Shown piece after piece: positions 1 through 12,600 of a stretch of 64,000 bases of DNA. The stretch is from the NCBI RefSeq assembly GCF_009914755.1, contig NC_060936.1. One strand, 5' to 3'. The notes under the pieces are model-generated. The model was not told the origin of the DNA and did no database searches. It worked only from the letters and a program-made list of their open reading frames with translations. A program made the translations under genes and the position numbers. How positions within the stretch are numbered: the first letter of the stretch is position 1; the number at the start of each line of letters is the position of its first letter. This DNA comes from the human T2T-CHM13v2.0 reference genome, Homo sapiens.

Positions 1-1440
1 GTATAAGACTCTCCCCTTTTCAGTATAAAGCCATGTTCAAACAAAGTTTGAAAGGTGCTGTAAATTAACAAATAATTTAAAAGCTATGTTCAGTGGATGC
101 TCCTCCATGTTATCAATAATATTTTTTGTGGCAAGGAGTTGTTTTTCTCCTTTTATATTCTCTGTCTCTGCAGAGATAGTCAATTCATGAATTGGTAAAT
201 ATGCACTGTGGAGATGCCAAGTTATGTCATTGTATGTGGGGCTGTGGGTACCTCAAAGAATGACCCTTGCCCCTAAGGAGTATAGAGCCTTTACATTACA
301 CTTCAACTGACATTTATTGAACACTGACTCCGTGTAAGGCCCAGTAATCTGCACAAAAATAACACCACTGATCTTGCTCATTGCCATAACCCCAGCCTGC
401 AACACATGCCTAGCACATGGTAGATTCTCAGGAAGTATCTGTTAAAAGATGGAGTAAGTTAATGAACAGAAAGTTTGAGGAATAAAGGGAATATGGAGAT
501 AAACTGAATTTAAGACACCATCTCTGATCTCAAAGAAATTATATTAAGTGAAAGAGCTATAAACACAACCAATGCATAGTGTATGATGTGACTCACCAGA
601 TTTTAATGCTATCAACCTACAGATAAAGTGCTCTTCAAGTTCAGAGCAGGGAATTCATAACCAAAGGGAGGAATTGGCCCCGTTAAACAAATTCAACAGG
701 TAAGTTTAGTTACACTGCTAGAACAGAGCCTGGCATGAAGGAGACACACTTCACTATTTTGTAATAAATGAATGGGTACTTACTGTATACAAGGCCTAGT
801 TCCTGGGGGCACAAAGATGAGACAGCACTTAGTTTCTAGTTTTCTTTATTTTTTAAATGGGAGTTTATAGTTTAGTAGAGGCACTCTAGTACAATTTCAA
901 GGAAGACTCCCAGGAGAAAGTAGCTTTTACACTGGACCTTAGTGGATAAGTGAGAGCTCACAAAGCTGAGAAGATGGAAAGGGTGTTTTAGGTGAAATGT
1001 ACAGCAAATGCAAGGACACAGGGGCTTGAAAGAGCCTGACTCATTTAAAGAAGCATGAAAATCCCACTGCTAACAACAGGAGACAGTACCAAGGATATTC
1101 CTAGCTCTTAGCATAAGGCCCTACGTATGAAAGTCCCCTAATAAATACTTGTTGTTTTTTAACAATAATGATGGTAAGAGTCCAAAGATGAGCACAAGTT
1201 TTAAGTGCTGGACAAGTATGAAGCTGAAAGAGTTATCTGGGCTGGTAGGATCTGGGGCCAGTTTATGGGCAACATCTTTGGACTTTGTGTGCTGAGGCCA
1301 CAGAACCCTCCATACAGCAGGAAGGCCCTTTCCCACCAGCCTGTTACCATGGCCTGTTTTGTTTCATCTACACAGTCTATTTAACAACAAAACCAGAGAA
1401 AAGTGCTCACAGTCACTACCTATTTCTTTGAGGTCCCTCT

Positions 1441-1795
<355 letters not shown>

Positions 1796-2435
1796 TGAGT
1801 GCCACTTCTGTGAGTCTCTCCTCAACTAGGTAAAATGTGGTTCCATTAATCATATTTTGTCTTTTGGGTTTTAGTTTTGTCACTCTCATTCACATACAAC
1901 CAGCAATGTTTTTTGAATACCCTTTCATTCGCAATCAAATGATCTCATAATCCTAATACTGTTAACAACACATAGCCTGTTCACAGAGGCTGAAGGTCTA
2001 GCTGAAAAGATAGGACTTGTACCTTAAAAGATAAATAATACTGCTACCTAAAAAGATTCATAATACTACTGCCATTAGCATTCTTTGCTTTGTACTGTAT
2101 CTATGACCCTTAATCAAATTTCACACACACATCCACACACATCCTTATAGTTCACAGCATTCATGGGGTACACATTCAATGGGCAGCAAATAGCATTTAG
2201 TAATAAAGCTTTAGTAATGCTTGCCTATTCTCAAAGTCTGGTTTTTTCGATGGTAAATTTCTTAAAGCAGTATACCCCAAAATTTAATATTTAATAAAGA
2301 TTCTTCCCTTGCTTAAAAGGACTACTCCCAAGCACAGGGGCAGCTTTGCCATCTGCCATCCTGCTTCATATGTTCTATTTGCTTGTAACATTTATACCAA
2401 CTTGTTTTCCTGATCACTTTCTCACCTCTTTGTAA

Positions 2436-2931
<496 letters not shown>

Positions 2932-3580
2932 TAGACTTGATTGCAGATGTTGCCATTCCCCTGTTCCTGCTGGTTCTGATGTACCTAACACCCACATCCA
3001 CTCTTAACACTAGTGGCATCCCCTCTTAACCTTCATGAAACTCAAGCCAGTAGGACCAAGAGGTAGGTAAATGAATTGTGAACATAAGGGGGTTGGCAGG
3101 ATAGTGCAACAGGTGAGAAATGAAAAGGCAGAGACATCCAGTGAGAACACAGCAATGGGAAGTGAGGAAAACCTTTATGGAGGAAGAGACTATGAGAACA
3201 GAGTGTTTGCTCTGCTGTGGCTGGCTGGCCACCAGCCACCACTGCAACAGAACAACCAGGGAGGGTAACAGATTAAGTGTTATCAGCCACTAATATCATA
3301 TGGTGAGAATCCATCAGCAAACCTGATGTAGAAGCCATGGACTTGGCCAGAAGAAGGGGTTCAAGGCCCTTACCGTACTGTGGGACCTTGGCTTGTCATT
3401 AAGCTCTCTGCACTTTAGTTTGCTTATCTGCAAAATGATGTGATAATACTTTTGAGGTTATTGGAAAAACTAAATGAAGAAACAGAAGTAAATCGGCTCA
3501 GTACTGAGCGGAAACATGTGCCCAAGAAATGCCAGTTAAAATGTTTTCCTAAGGATAGGGTTTGAGATGGAAAATAGGTG

Positions 3581-3950
3581 TGTTACAGGCTGAATTGTCA
3601 CCGTCTCCCCAATTCATACGTTGAAGTCCTATCCCCCAGTAGCTTCGGATGTAACTATATTTAGAGGTAGGGTCTTTAAAGAAGTAAAATGAAGTCATTA
3701 GGGTGGACACTAATCTAATCTGACTGGTGTTCTTATAAGAGGAAATTTGGACACAGATATGTACAGAGGAAGGATCATGTGAAGATACCAAGAGAAGATG
3801 ACCATCTACAAGCCAAGGAGAGAGGCCTCAGAAGAAACCAACCCTGCCAAAACCTTGATCTTGGACTTCCAGCATCCAGATCTGTGAGGAAATACACTGC
3901 CACCGAGTCTGTGATACTTTGTTATGGCAGTCCTAGCAAACTCCTAATAC
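3581..3950 (+). mobile_element. MaLR solo LTR (MLT1B-like)
   Basis: tgttacaggctgaattg...gactggtgttcttataagag...cttgatcttggacttccagc...tttgttatggcagtcctagcaaac are typical MLT1 motifs. Confidence 0.8.
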
Positions 3951-3984
3951 TAATAGTGCTCCTAACACAGCACTAGAGTCCTGA

Positions 3985-4210
3985 TAATAATAATGGTAAT
4001 CATAATAATAACGTTTTTTATTTATGGAGCGACTTCCTGTGTGCCAGGCATTGTGCTAAATGCTTTACACATATTATCTCATTTAATACGCATGAAAATC
4101 CCATGTGATGGATGCAATTTTTCCAACCCACGATGAGAATGCTGAGGGTCAGAGAGCCCAAGCCTACGTAGTTATTGAGTGGTGGGACTGGGTCTGGAAC
4201 CTAGGCCTGA
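3985..4210. mobile_element. MIR relic
   Basis: gtgccaggcattgtgctaaatgctttacacatattatctcatttaat, MIR core; boundaries approximate. Confidence 0.65.
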
Positions 4211-5055
4211 CTGGGATCACTGCTGGCCTACAGTGTCTTTGTACAAAGAAAAAGGTGCCACTTCCTTTGGGAACACCCAGCCCCAAGCCAGGGTGCAAGG
4301 TTTGGTAAACAGAAGACAGGCTGGGTTTTAATTCCTCTTTCCTCCTTGGCTGGGTGCCCTTGTGCAAACCTAAGCCTCTCAGGGTGGCCCACACTGAGGC
4401 CCAAGCTCTTAATCATTACACCGGACTGCTCAGTGGGCCAGGGTGGCTGGGGGTAACACCATTGCCACCGTCGAGGTAGGATCAGTTGGGCACGTAAGGG
4501 ACTGTGAGTGCTGGCAAGGCAAACCTTACCTCCCTCATGGCTGGGAATGAGATACGTGGGAGCCCAGGTCCATGAGTTCTGGGACCCATGTGGGTGGGCT
4601 TCCAACGGTCCTACAGGACAACGACAAATGGCCCTTGACTTAGGGCAATTCTGCTTATTTCTAATTGGCCCCAGAACAGTTCTGTGTCCAGTCCTCAGTC
4701 AGCAAGAAATCCAGTTTGCCAGGATCGTGCCCCTAGGATTACACAGCTGTCCTTTCGCCATTATCCCCATGCCTCCTCCTCCTCCCACCAAATCAAAGAG
4801 AATGAGAAATGCATCTTCGACCATTTGGCTATAACTATAAGTGTGCCTGTCCTCACAATTAAAGCTCCTGAAAGTTCCAAATTTGCTGCTTTCACGGTGG
4901 GAAAAAAAGGCCTCCGACAGCGTAAATATTTAATCACCATTAAGAATGTCCAATAAATGAGGGGAATCAGGTTTCAAATTGACTGGTTCAGATGATTAAA
5001 GTACAGAAGTCATAGCAGGGTAAAAATAAAGTACCCTCTAAAAAAGTAGCATCTT

Positions 5056-7139
5056 GTGGGCAGGGGCAAGATGGAAGATAGCACGTTGGGACCTCTCAAG
5101 GCCGGGCCGGGCACTGCACTCTCCAGGCAGGGCCGGGCGAGTGCGGCAACCACCGTCACTCTCCAAAGGCTTCCGTGCCCCCTGGGGCAGCTGAGCGGGG
5201 TAATGCCCTCCGTGATGGAGAGCGCGTGTCCCACAGCCGGGCCAAGACGGTGCCCAACCGCAGATAGCCCCACTCTGAGGATGACAGCAGCGAGGAGGAG
5301 CACTCGCACGACAGCATGGTCCGCGTTGGAACCAATTACCAGGCCATAATTCCGGAGTGCAAGCCTGAGAGCCTCGCACGCTACAGCAACAAGAAGCTGA
5401 AGGGGGTGCTGGTGTGGTCACCCAACCACTGTGTGTCAGATGCCAAACTTGACAAGTATATTGTGATGGCCACGGAGAAGCATGGCTACAACATTGAGCA
5501 GACGCTGGGCATGCTCTGGAATAAGCACCATGTGGAGAAGTCGCTGGCTGACCTGGCCAACTTCACCCCATTCCCTGAGGAGTGGACAGTAGAGGACAAG
5601 GTGCTGTTGGAACAGGCCTTTGGCTTCCACGACAAGTGTGGATCCAACAGACGCTGCCCCACAAGTTGATTTCCAGCCTGGTGAAATATCACTACTCTTG
5701 GAAGAAAACCCACAGCCGAACTAGCATGACGGACAGACAGGCCCGGCGGCTGAGGGGCTGCAAGGACAAAGAAGACAGTGATGAGTTCGAAGAGAGTCGA
5801 GGAGGCCTGAGTGAAGGAGAGCCCGATGCTGGACACCCGAAGAGAGAGGTACAGAGCATAAAGCAGAGGAACAGCAGCCTGCGCCAAGCCCTGGAGGGCG
5901 CCATTGATCCACTCCGCGCTCTGGAGGCCAACACTAAGTTCAACTCCTGCTGGACCACAGAGGAGCAGCTTTTGGCTGCCTAAGCCATCCGGAGGTATGG
6001 CAGACTTTGGGGCTATTGCAGAGGTGATTGGGAACAAGACTCTGACCCAGGTGAAGACCTTCTTTGTGAGCTATTGGCACTGCTTCAATCTGGAGGAGGT
6101 GCTGCAGGAATGGGAGGCTGAGCAGGATGGGGCCCGTGGAGCCACAGTCCCCGTGGAGGAGGCTAGGAGAGGGGCTCCCTTGCTAGCCCCAGCCCAAGAA
6201 GAAGATCATGAGGTCCAGATTACATCAATCTCCATGTCTGTGTCCCGATCGGTGCCCCCCTGCACCACCCCCGTTCCACCTCCCACCTCCCTGCCCTAGG
6301 TGCCCCCTGCTGCTGAGGCCACCTTTGCCCACGGCTCCCACTCTGCTCTGACAGCCACCCACAGTGCAGCAGGGCCGCTTCCTCCAGCCCTGGTTGGCCC
6401 CCAACCAGCGCCCACCACCTCTCATCCTCCCGGCTCTGGCTGCCTGTCCTGGCCCTCCGCCCCTACCCACCCTGATTGGAGCCCCCAGTGCCCTCACTCT
6501 GAATCCTGAGGTCCTCCACCAACCACAGGCTCCAGGACCTCTTTGCTGGCCATCCCCAGGCATCTCTGGTGTCACTGAGGACGGAAGGGGCTAGGGCTCT
6601 TGCCAGGTCTTTCCAAGACCCAGAGCTGCCGACAGCCCAGCCTGGACCTGTGGGTTCTGCATGTGTTCCTGGCAGCTGGGCCTGTCTCTTGGGGCCATGG
6701 CCCGGGCTCAGGGGCCTTTGAGCTGGACTGAGGGCACTTTCGCTTCCTTGCTGGGACTGGAATGGCTGCCTCCTAGTTGGCTGGGGCTTGGTCTCTGGGC
6801 CCTGCCCTTTGTGTGTCGGGGGTAGGGACCTTAGCGTGGGGGTGGGACAGGACAGTTGGGTGTGCTGGCTGTTCTCATTCCTCTTCCCTTCTTTTAGCAA
6901 TCAGTCTTGGGTGAGGTGGGAAGGGAGGCTGCAGGGGGAGGTGGCAGAGGGGCCTTACAGCAGCAGAGGCTGGAAGGGAAGTTCTGTCTTCAGGGGCCAG
7001 CTGGGAAACACTAAGGAGCTGAGGGTGCCCACCAGGCCCACCTTCCAGAAGCTTGGAGAAATGTGGGTTGGGAACTTATGCAGACATGGATTTACTTTTC
7101 AACATGTTTTAAAAGTTAAAAAAGAAAAACCTTCTAAAA
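5056..7139 (+). pseudogene. Processed (retrotransposed) pseudogene of RCOR2 (REST corepressor 2 / CoREST2)
   Basis: Intronless CDS remnant 5203 (ATG CCC TCC GTG ATG GAG = MPSVME) to 6502 (EPP-PSL-TGA). ELM2 ([17 protein letters not shown]...), SANT1 (EWTVEDKVL...) and SANT2 (WTTEEQLLA...[23 protein letters not shown]) motifs and a Pro-rich tail are present. Frameshifts near 5227, 5640 and 6002; stops at ~5265, 5981 and 6297. 3' UTR and short A-tail; 16-bp TSD AAAAAAGTAGCATCTT at 5040-5055 and 7140-7155. Confidence 0.95.
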
Positions 7140-7809
7140 AAAAAAGTAGCATCTTTAGAGGGTTCCTGTCTCTACTACATAGGTTTCCTTGAGTATAAAG
7201 GAAGCAAAAACATCCAAGTTATCTCTTCATTATTAGTAGGGGGCGACATAGGGTGAGGTCTGGAGATGAGGAAGTATAGCAATCTCTTAATAATCCTGCT
7301 TTGGTAATAATGAATATCAGTGGAATTTCTCAACTTTATTGAAGGGACAGCTGGAGTTCAGACTTAAGGAGAAATGTCTTAAAAGGAAAAAGCGGCATGC
7401 TTGGTTTTGTATCTTGTTTGAAAATATATTTCAAACGTTCAGCAGAATTTTAGAGATCATAACCACCCTCTGCCCCCACCACCTTCTGAACCCTTAGTCC
7501 CCAGTAGTTCTGATTTACTTTTAAGATTCTTTTAGTTTTATGTTTTAACTGAAAAAAAAAAAAATCCTGCCCAGCCAGGTTTCCATCTGTCTGTATCACC
7601 GGGTTGAATTTAGTGTAGGAAAGCCTGTGCAAAGGGAATAAAAATGTAGCTTTTTTTCCATTGCCAGATTCAGGGGAACCAACCATTTGGAAACAAAGGA
7701 GTTCCATTTTGACTAGCAGCCTTTCTGCTTTCCATCAGTGGACAAAGTGAATGTACAGGTTTAAACATCATTTGGGGTCACCTCTAGATCCATGTTTGGA
7801 GGTAGATTG

Positions 7810-8290
7810 GTTTGTTAGTTATGATTCTGGCAGGAAACAGGTGACACATGCAAACAGATACATTAATTGAGGGACCATGGCCGAGCCATGCCAGGATGAA
7901 GGGAGACCAGCAGAGGCTAGCCACAGCGACAACCATGGAATCCCACAGGCCTGAGGAGGAGGGTGAGGGAGTGGTTACTGGGTCCACGAAAGGCTGTGGC
8001 TACAGTGTAGCTGTGAGAGAGGACAGCCCACAGGAGCTGTGGCCTTGTAGAGGGACACAGCCATGGCCAATGCATAGATCAGCAGAGAGGGAGCTGGGAG
8101 AATAAATATTCAAACTTCACCCTAGCTGTCCACCCCTAGATCTCTGGCTGGGGCTTCCCATTGGCTGAATCCAACCAGAAGCCAAAAGGCAAGGGTGATG
8201 TCCATAAATGTCAAACTTCTGGGTCTCAAGCAAAAGGGGGAGCAGTGGGGAAATGGTCTGCAGGGAGAAGAAGAGACTATTCAACACAGA
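7810..8290. mobile_element. Old ERVL-type LTR relic (LTR33/LTR41-like)
   Basis: ggcaggaaacaggtgacac...cccattggctgaatccaaccagaagccaaaaggcaaggg motif; subfamily uncertain. Confidence 0.4.
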
Positions 8291-8334
8291 CGGGGAAGAA
8301 GAACTAAATAGGAAGGACTAGGGAAGGGGTGAAA

Positions 8335-8462
8335 GAGATTGCGGTGATGGTTTCAAGGGTGTAGACTTATCTCCAAGCACAACATGTTGTATATAATAAA
8401 TAGGTATGGATTTTTGTATGACAGTCATACTTCAATGAAGGCTTTGTAAAAAAAAAAAAAAA
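8335..8462 (+). mobile_element. Old L1M 3' end with poly(A)
   Basis: gattgcggtgatggtttcaagggtgtagac...atacttcaatgaag followed by an A-tract. Confidence 0.65.
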
Positions 8463-9503
8463 TAGGGGCAGGAGAGCGAGGCAAACACTCGGTCTTCCAT
8501 GAACTTTGCATTTGGGATTCTGTGCGTGGGGATGAGTGCCTGAGAGATGCTGTTTGGACTGCCATATTCCCAGGGCTTCCCCAGGATGGGTGATGAGTGG
8601 GGCTGCCCCCACCCTGGGGCCATACGCCAAACTGCCCGACCGCAAGAGCCCATGCTCAGAGCTGATATTGGTTGCTTCCTCCCGACCTTGGTGGGGCTAT
8701 TTTCTAGGGAGTGGCAAGGACATAAGAATGAGAAGCCACACCAGCTTGGTGGAGAGCACTAGAGGGCTCACTGCGAAGTCCAGCAACTTTATTGTCAGCT
8801 CAGAGCATCTCCCCACCAGAATCTCAAGGAAGCGGAAGTACAAGTGGCTGTGAAGTTATCTGCGTGTTTATCTTATCTTCTGCTATTCATTTCAAGAGTT
8901 GGAGTTATTATTAATAAGAAGGCCTGGTTTCTGGCAGCTCTTCTCTTAGAATGGGTTTATGCCAAGCTGCCAGTTATCAGAGGATTCAGAGCCTAGGATT
9001 ATGCTGACAGCGAGTCTCAGAGCTGTGATGGGAGGGCAAAGACACGGGAAACAACGTTGTATTAAAGAGGAATCAGCGTTTTGTGTCTAGTCCTTGATGC
9101 CCTTTTGGCTTCCTATTTCCGAAGAACAGCAAGGAAAATACAAGGAGAGACAGACTGGAATCCTGTGAATATCAGAGAAAAGCTTGATTTTCAAGAGACT
9201 GCTCAAGTTACAGAGATTCCCCAAATCTGAAGAAGTAATTAACTGATGAGTTCGCATACTTCATGCAGGGTGAACTCCAGCCGGTCTAGAAAAACACTGT
9301 GATGGTTGATGATTTACCATACTTTGCTTTCAACCAGTAATTGTCTCAGATTCTTAACCACTGATGGTTTTGGTGAATGTTTTGGAGAAAAGGCTCGAGA
9401 GAAACTTCATGACACTAAACATACTCTCTGAGAAGTGTGGTGCTAGAATGCTAAGGTGATGTCCTAGACTTCGTAGTCTCTTAAACATATCTGACATTAT
9501 ATT

Positions 9504-9600
9504 ATGCTATGGCATGCTATGCTATGCTATGCTATGCTATGCTATGCTATGCTATGCTATGCTATGCTATGCTATGCTATGCTATGCTATGCTATGTTAT
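9504..9600. repeat. (GCTAT)n pentanucleotide microsatellite
   Basis: 16 perfect GCTAT units at 9516-9595 with degenerate flanking units. Confidence 0.97.
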
Positions 9601-12600
9601 GTCTTTTTAGGCAATAGCTCATCCCTCCCTAAAGCAGAGTGAATGCTCTTATTTAGCTTAAAGACAGTCATTGGACTTTGAGTAAAGAGTCATTTTCTTG
9701 TACGTTCCACTCCACCCTCCAGTGTACATTTGCACTCTGCTGGCGAATGACCATGAGCTATTAAATCATGACATAGAAAAAGATGACAACTGTAATGTTG
9801 GGAGTGACCCCCAAGTCCCACCTACTGAAGGAACACCACAAGCCTTCCTCACTTTAAACCATGGCATGGGGGCACTATCACCAAGCATAAGAATGCCCAG
9901 CAATCGTCTGGGGCCATGTTGGGTGGGCAGAGAGGATGAGGCACTGAGTTCCTTCAGCCACGTCTTAACTGTGCCATGTCAGAGAGACTTTTCATGTTGA
10001 TTGAACTGTGTCCAACTCATCTCTCAGCACCAATGCGAACTTATTAAACAGCTCTTCCTCTAATCTTTTTTCAACCATCTACTCATCAGCAGACTAGAAA
10101 GAAGACTGGCTCATTTCTTTTTCCTGTCAGCCACCAAAAGGGCCTGGGAGCTTTGATAAGGGCCTCGATGTGGAAGACCACATAGATATCAGCAAAACTG
10201 TGGAGGAAGAAGTGGTCTGCTTAAAACCTAAGAGGACAATACAGGTACTATTCCACCCACTGGGTGGTATTTCCAAATTCTGCACAGGGGGTTGTAGCTA
10301 TGTAGATGAGGCTTAGAGAGAATTCACTGACCACCAGAACAAATATTCTCAGTTGCTTTCAATCTCTGCCAGCCAAGTCATGCTACAGACCACTGTCAGA
10401 TGAAAAAAAAAAAAAAAAGAAAGAAAATCAGAAAGAAAACTGAAGCACCAATGATAGCCATCTTGTGACTGTGACCAATTGCCTACTGAACAGTTCTTAA
10501 TGTCCTGGGCCCCAGCAGGAAACCACTGAATCTATAAAGTCCTGTCCACCAGAAATGAGTCTGATTGTGGATGGCCTGGTTAACCCAGATTGCCTTCGGT
10601 GCCTGAGGGACTTGATATTTTCTCATTATGAAGACTTTCCCATCTAGTGAACGCTGCAAATAAAACTGCTCAGAATCGGTCTGAACTGCCTGTTTCCGTG
10701 GTAGCAGGCCTCTGTCTGGAGGATAAATCTGCACCATCTTCTTTTTTTTTTTTTTTTTTTTTGGGTTTCAGCCAGTTGTGTTACAAGGAGTTCCGAAATG
10801 TGCTATAAGTGACACCCAACAAGATGGGCTCGGCCAGTTGGAGAGGGAAGCTTTGTCACCAAAGGGACTTGCACCCCTGGGCCAGACGGTGGTGTCCAAG
10901 AGAAAGTGATCAAAGAGATACAGAACCCGCATGCCTAAATATTTATTTCAGTTGTTCGTATTTCCCACACTTTTCAAATGTGAACTTGTGTCCTGAAGGT
11001 GGAGCTTTAGTACACAAGAAAATTGGGAAGGGGCAAACATGTTTGTACAAAATGGGGGTAGAATCAGCAAAGAATGCATTTATATGCTTCCTCGTCGCCT
11101 ACGTTTTTCATGCCAAAAAGTTAGCACAGATTCTGATTTCTTTCACCGTAGGAGTCTGCATACAATTAAATGGGAGGCAAAAGAAGCCCACTCTTAAGAG
11201 TGGGGCTTATGGTCCCAGTAGAATGGCAGGGAACTGTAGCCATCAAAGCCATTTATACTTCTTGTGGGTAGTATTTTTAAGATGTTGTTTCTTTTTCAAA
11301 ATGAAGCAGCAATGAACTGAGTAGTGATCAAAATGCCGCACCACAGAGTATGTTTAATCCAAATAGCTCCCAAGATGGTCTGTGACTGATTGTACCAACT
11401 CTACGGGACTTAGAGAAATGACTTGGTTACCAGTGAAGTAAAACTATCTCTGGAATGGAATTGAACTGTTGCTTCTCAGCACATAGCGACACTGCCACCG
11501 CTGGTTCACGGAGCCAGTGAAGGTCACTGAGTTCTGCATCAGTCACAGGGAAAACTGTCAAAACACCAGCGCATAAATCCCCTACTATGCTGTGGAGGGG
11601 GTCTCTGAGCTTCGGATGAGGTTTTTAAAATATTGATCTTCCCACTTCCAGAGGTGCAAAAATTCTGAAAGCATTCCAGGAGGGCAGGGAGTGGGGGAGC
11701 AAGGCCAGATATTTTGGAGCAGGTGAAACATCTGACTTGTCTTGCCTGAGATGTCCCGATTAACACCAACTGGGTACTTTAGGCCTTTCCCCTTCTTCCT
11801 CCCCTCTCCTTATGGACACTCCAACACCATCATCACAGCACAAAGGGCAACCTCATATCTCGTGGGAAGGCATTTTCTGCCTCCTGCCAGGCAAAGATAA
11901 TGTTATCCAATTGCAAATGAAAGGCTTATGAATGAAAAGATGACCACTCTGACTTTAGTGTATGAGAGCCACTGCTGAAATGATAGGATCCTTGAACTTC
12001 ACATCTAGAGCAGAAACTCACACTTCTCTTCTTCTCCCTCCACCTCACCCTTCCTTCCTTAAGCCTTCCAGAACTCCTGCCATATCCCTCAGCACTGGGG
12101 AGAACTTGAAGCACTGTTGGAGAAGTTTGAAACCTGCAACCTTCGGCAGGACTCAGCATGGGACAAAAGCCACCTCATTCCTTTCCCTTCCCAAAACAGC
12201 ATCTCGAGCTGGGGAACTTGGAGGGAAGGAAGAAAGGGGATAGCAGCCAATTGCCCTCCCTGGGGCCTGGGGTCTGGAAATAGCCTGGGAAGGGACAGAG
12301 ATCATTTCCCAACGATCCATAGAGGTCCTCAGCACCCTCCACTCCTATGCACCCCCTGGCTCATCTGCCAGACTGTAAGGGTGCTGATGGTGCCCGCAGC
12401 TGCCCCGGGAAGCTGGGAGGCATTTGTGCATCCTCTGGGAAGCCCCATTCCGAGAAATCATGAACCTATTCCCCAGTGGGCAATGATTCCCTGTGCTTCA
12501 GAAATTCTTGGCGGCTGTGGGGGCAACCCAGCTGTTATTCACCCTCTGGGTGAGGTGGTGAGACCTCAGGGGGTCCAAAGGATAAAAGTGGGTAATGATG

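Noticed and set aside
5056-6594. Functional RCOR2 paralogue
   Set aside because: Multiple frameshifts and premature stops, with TSD and A-tail: a processed pseudogene.
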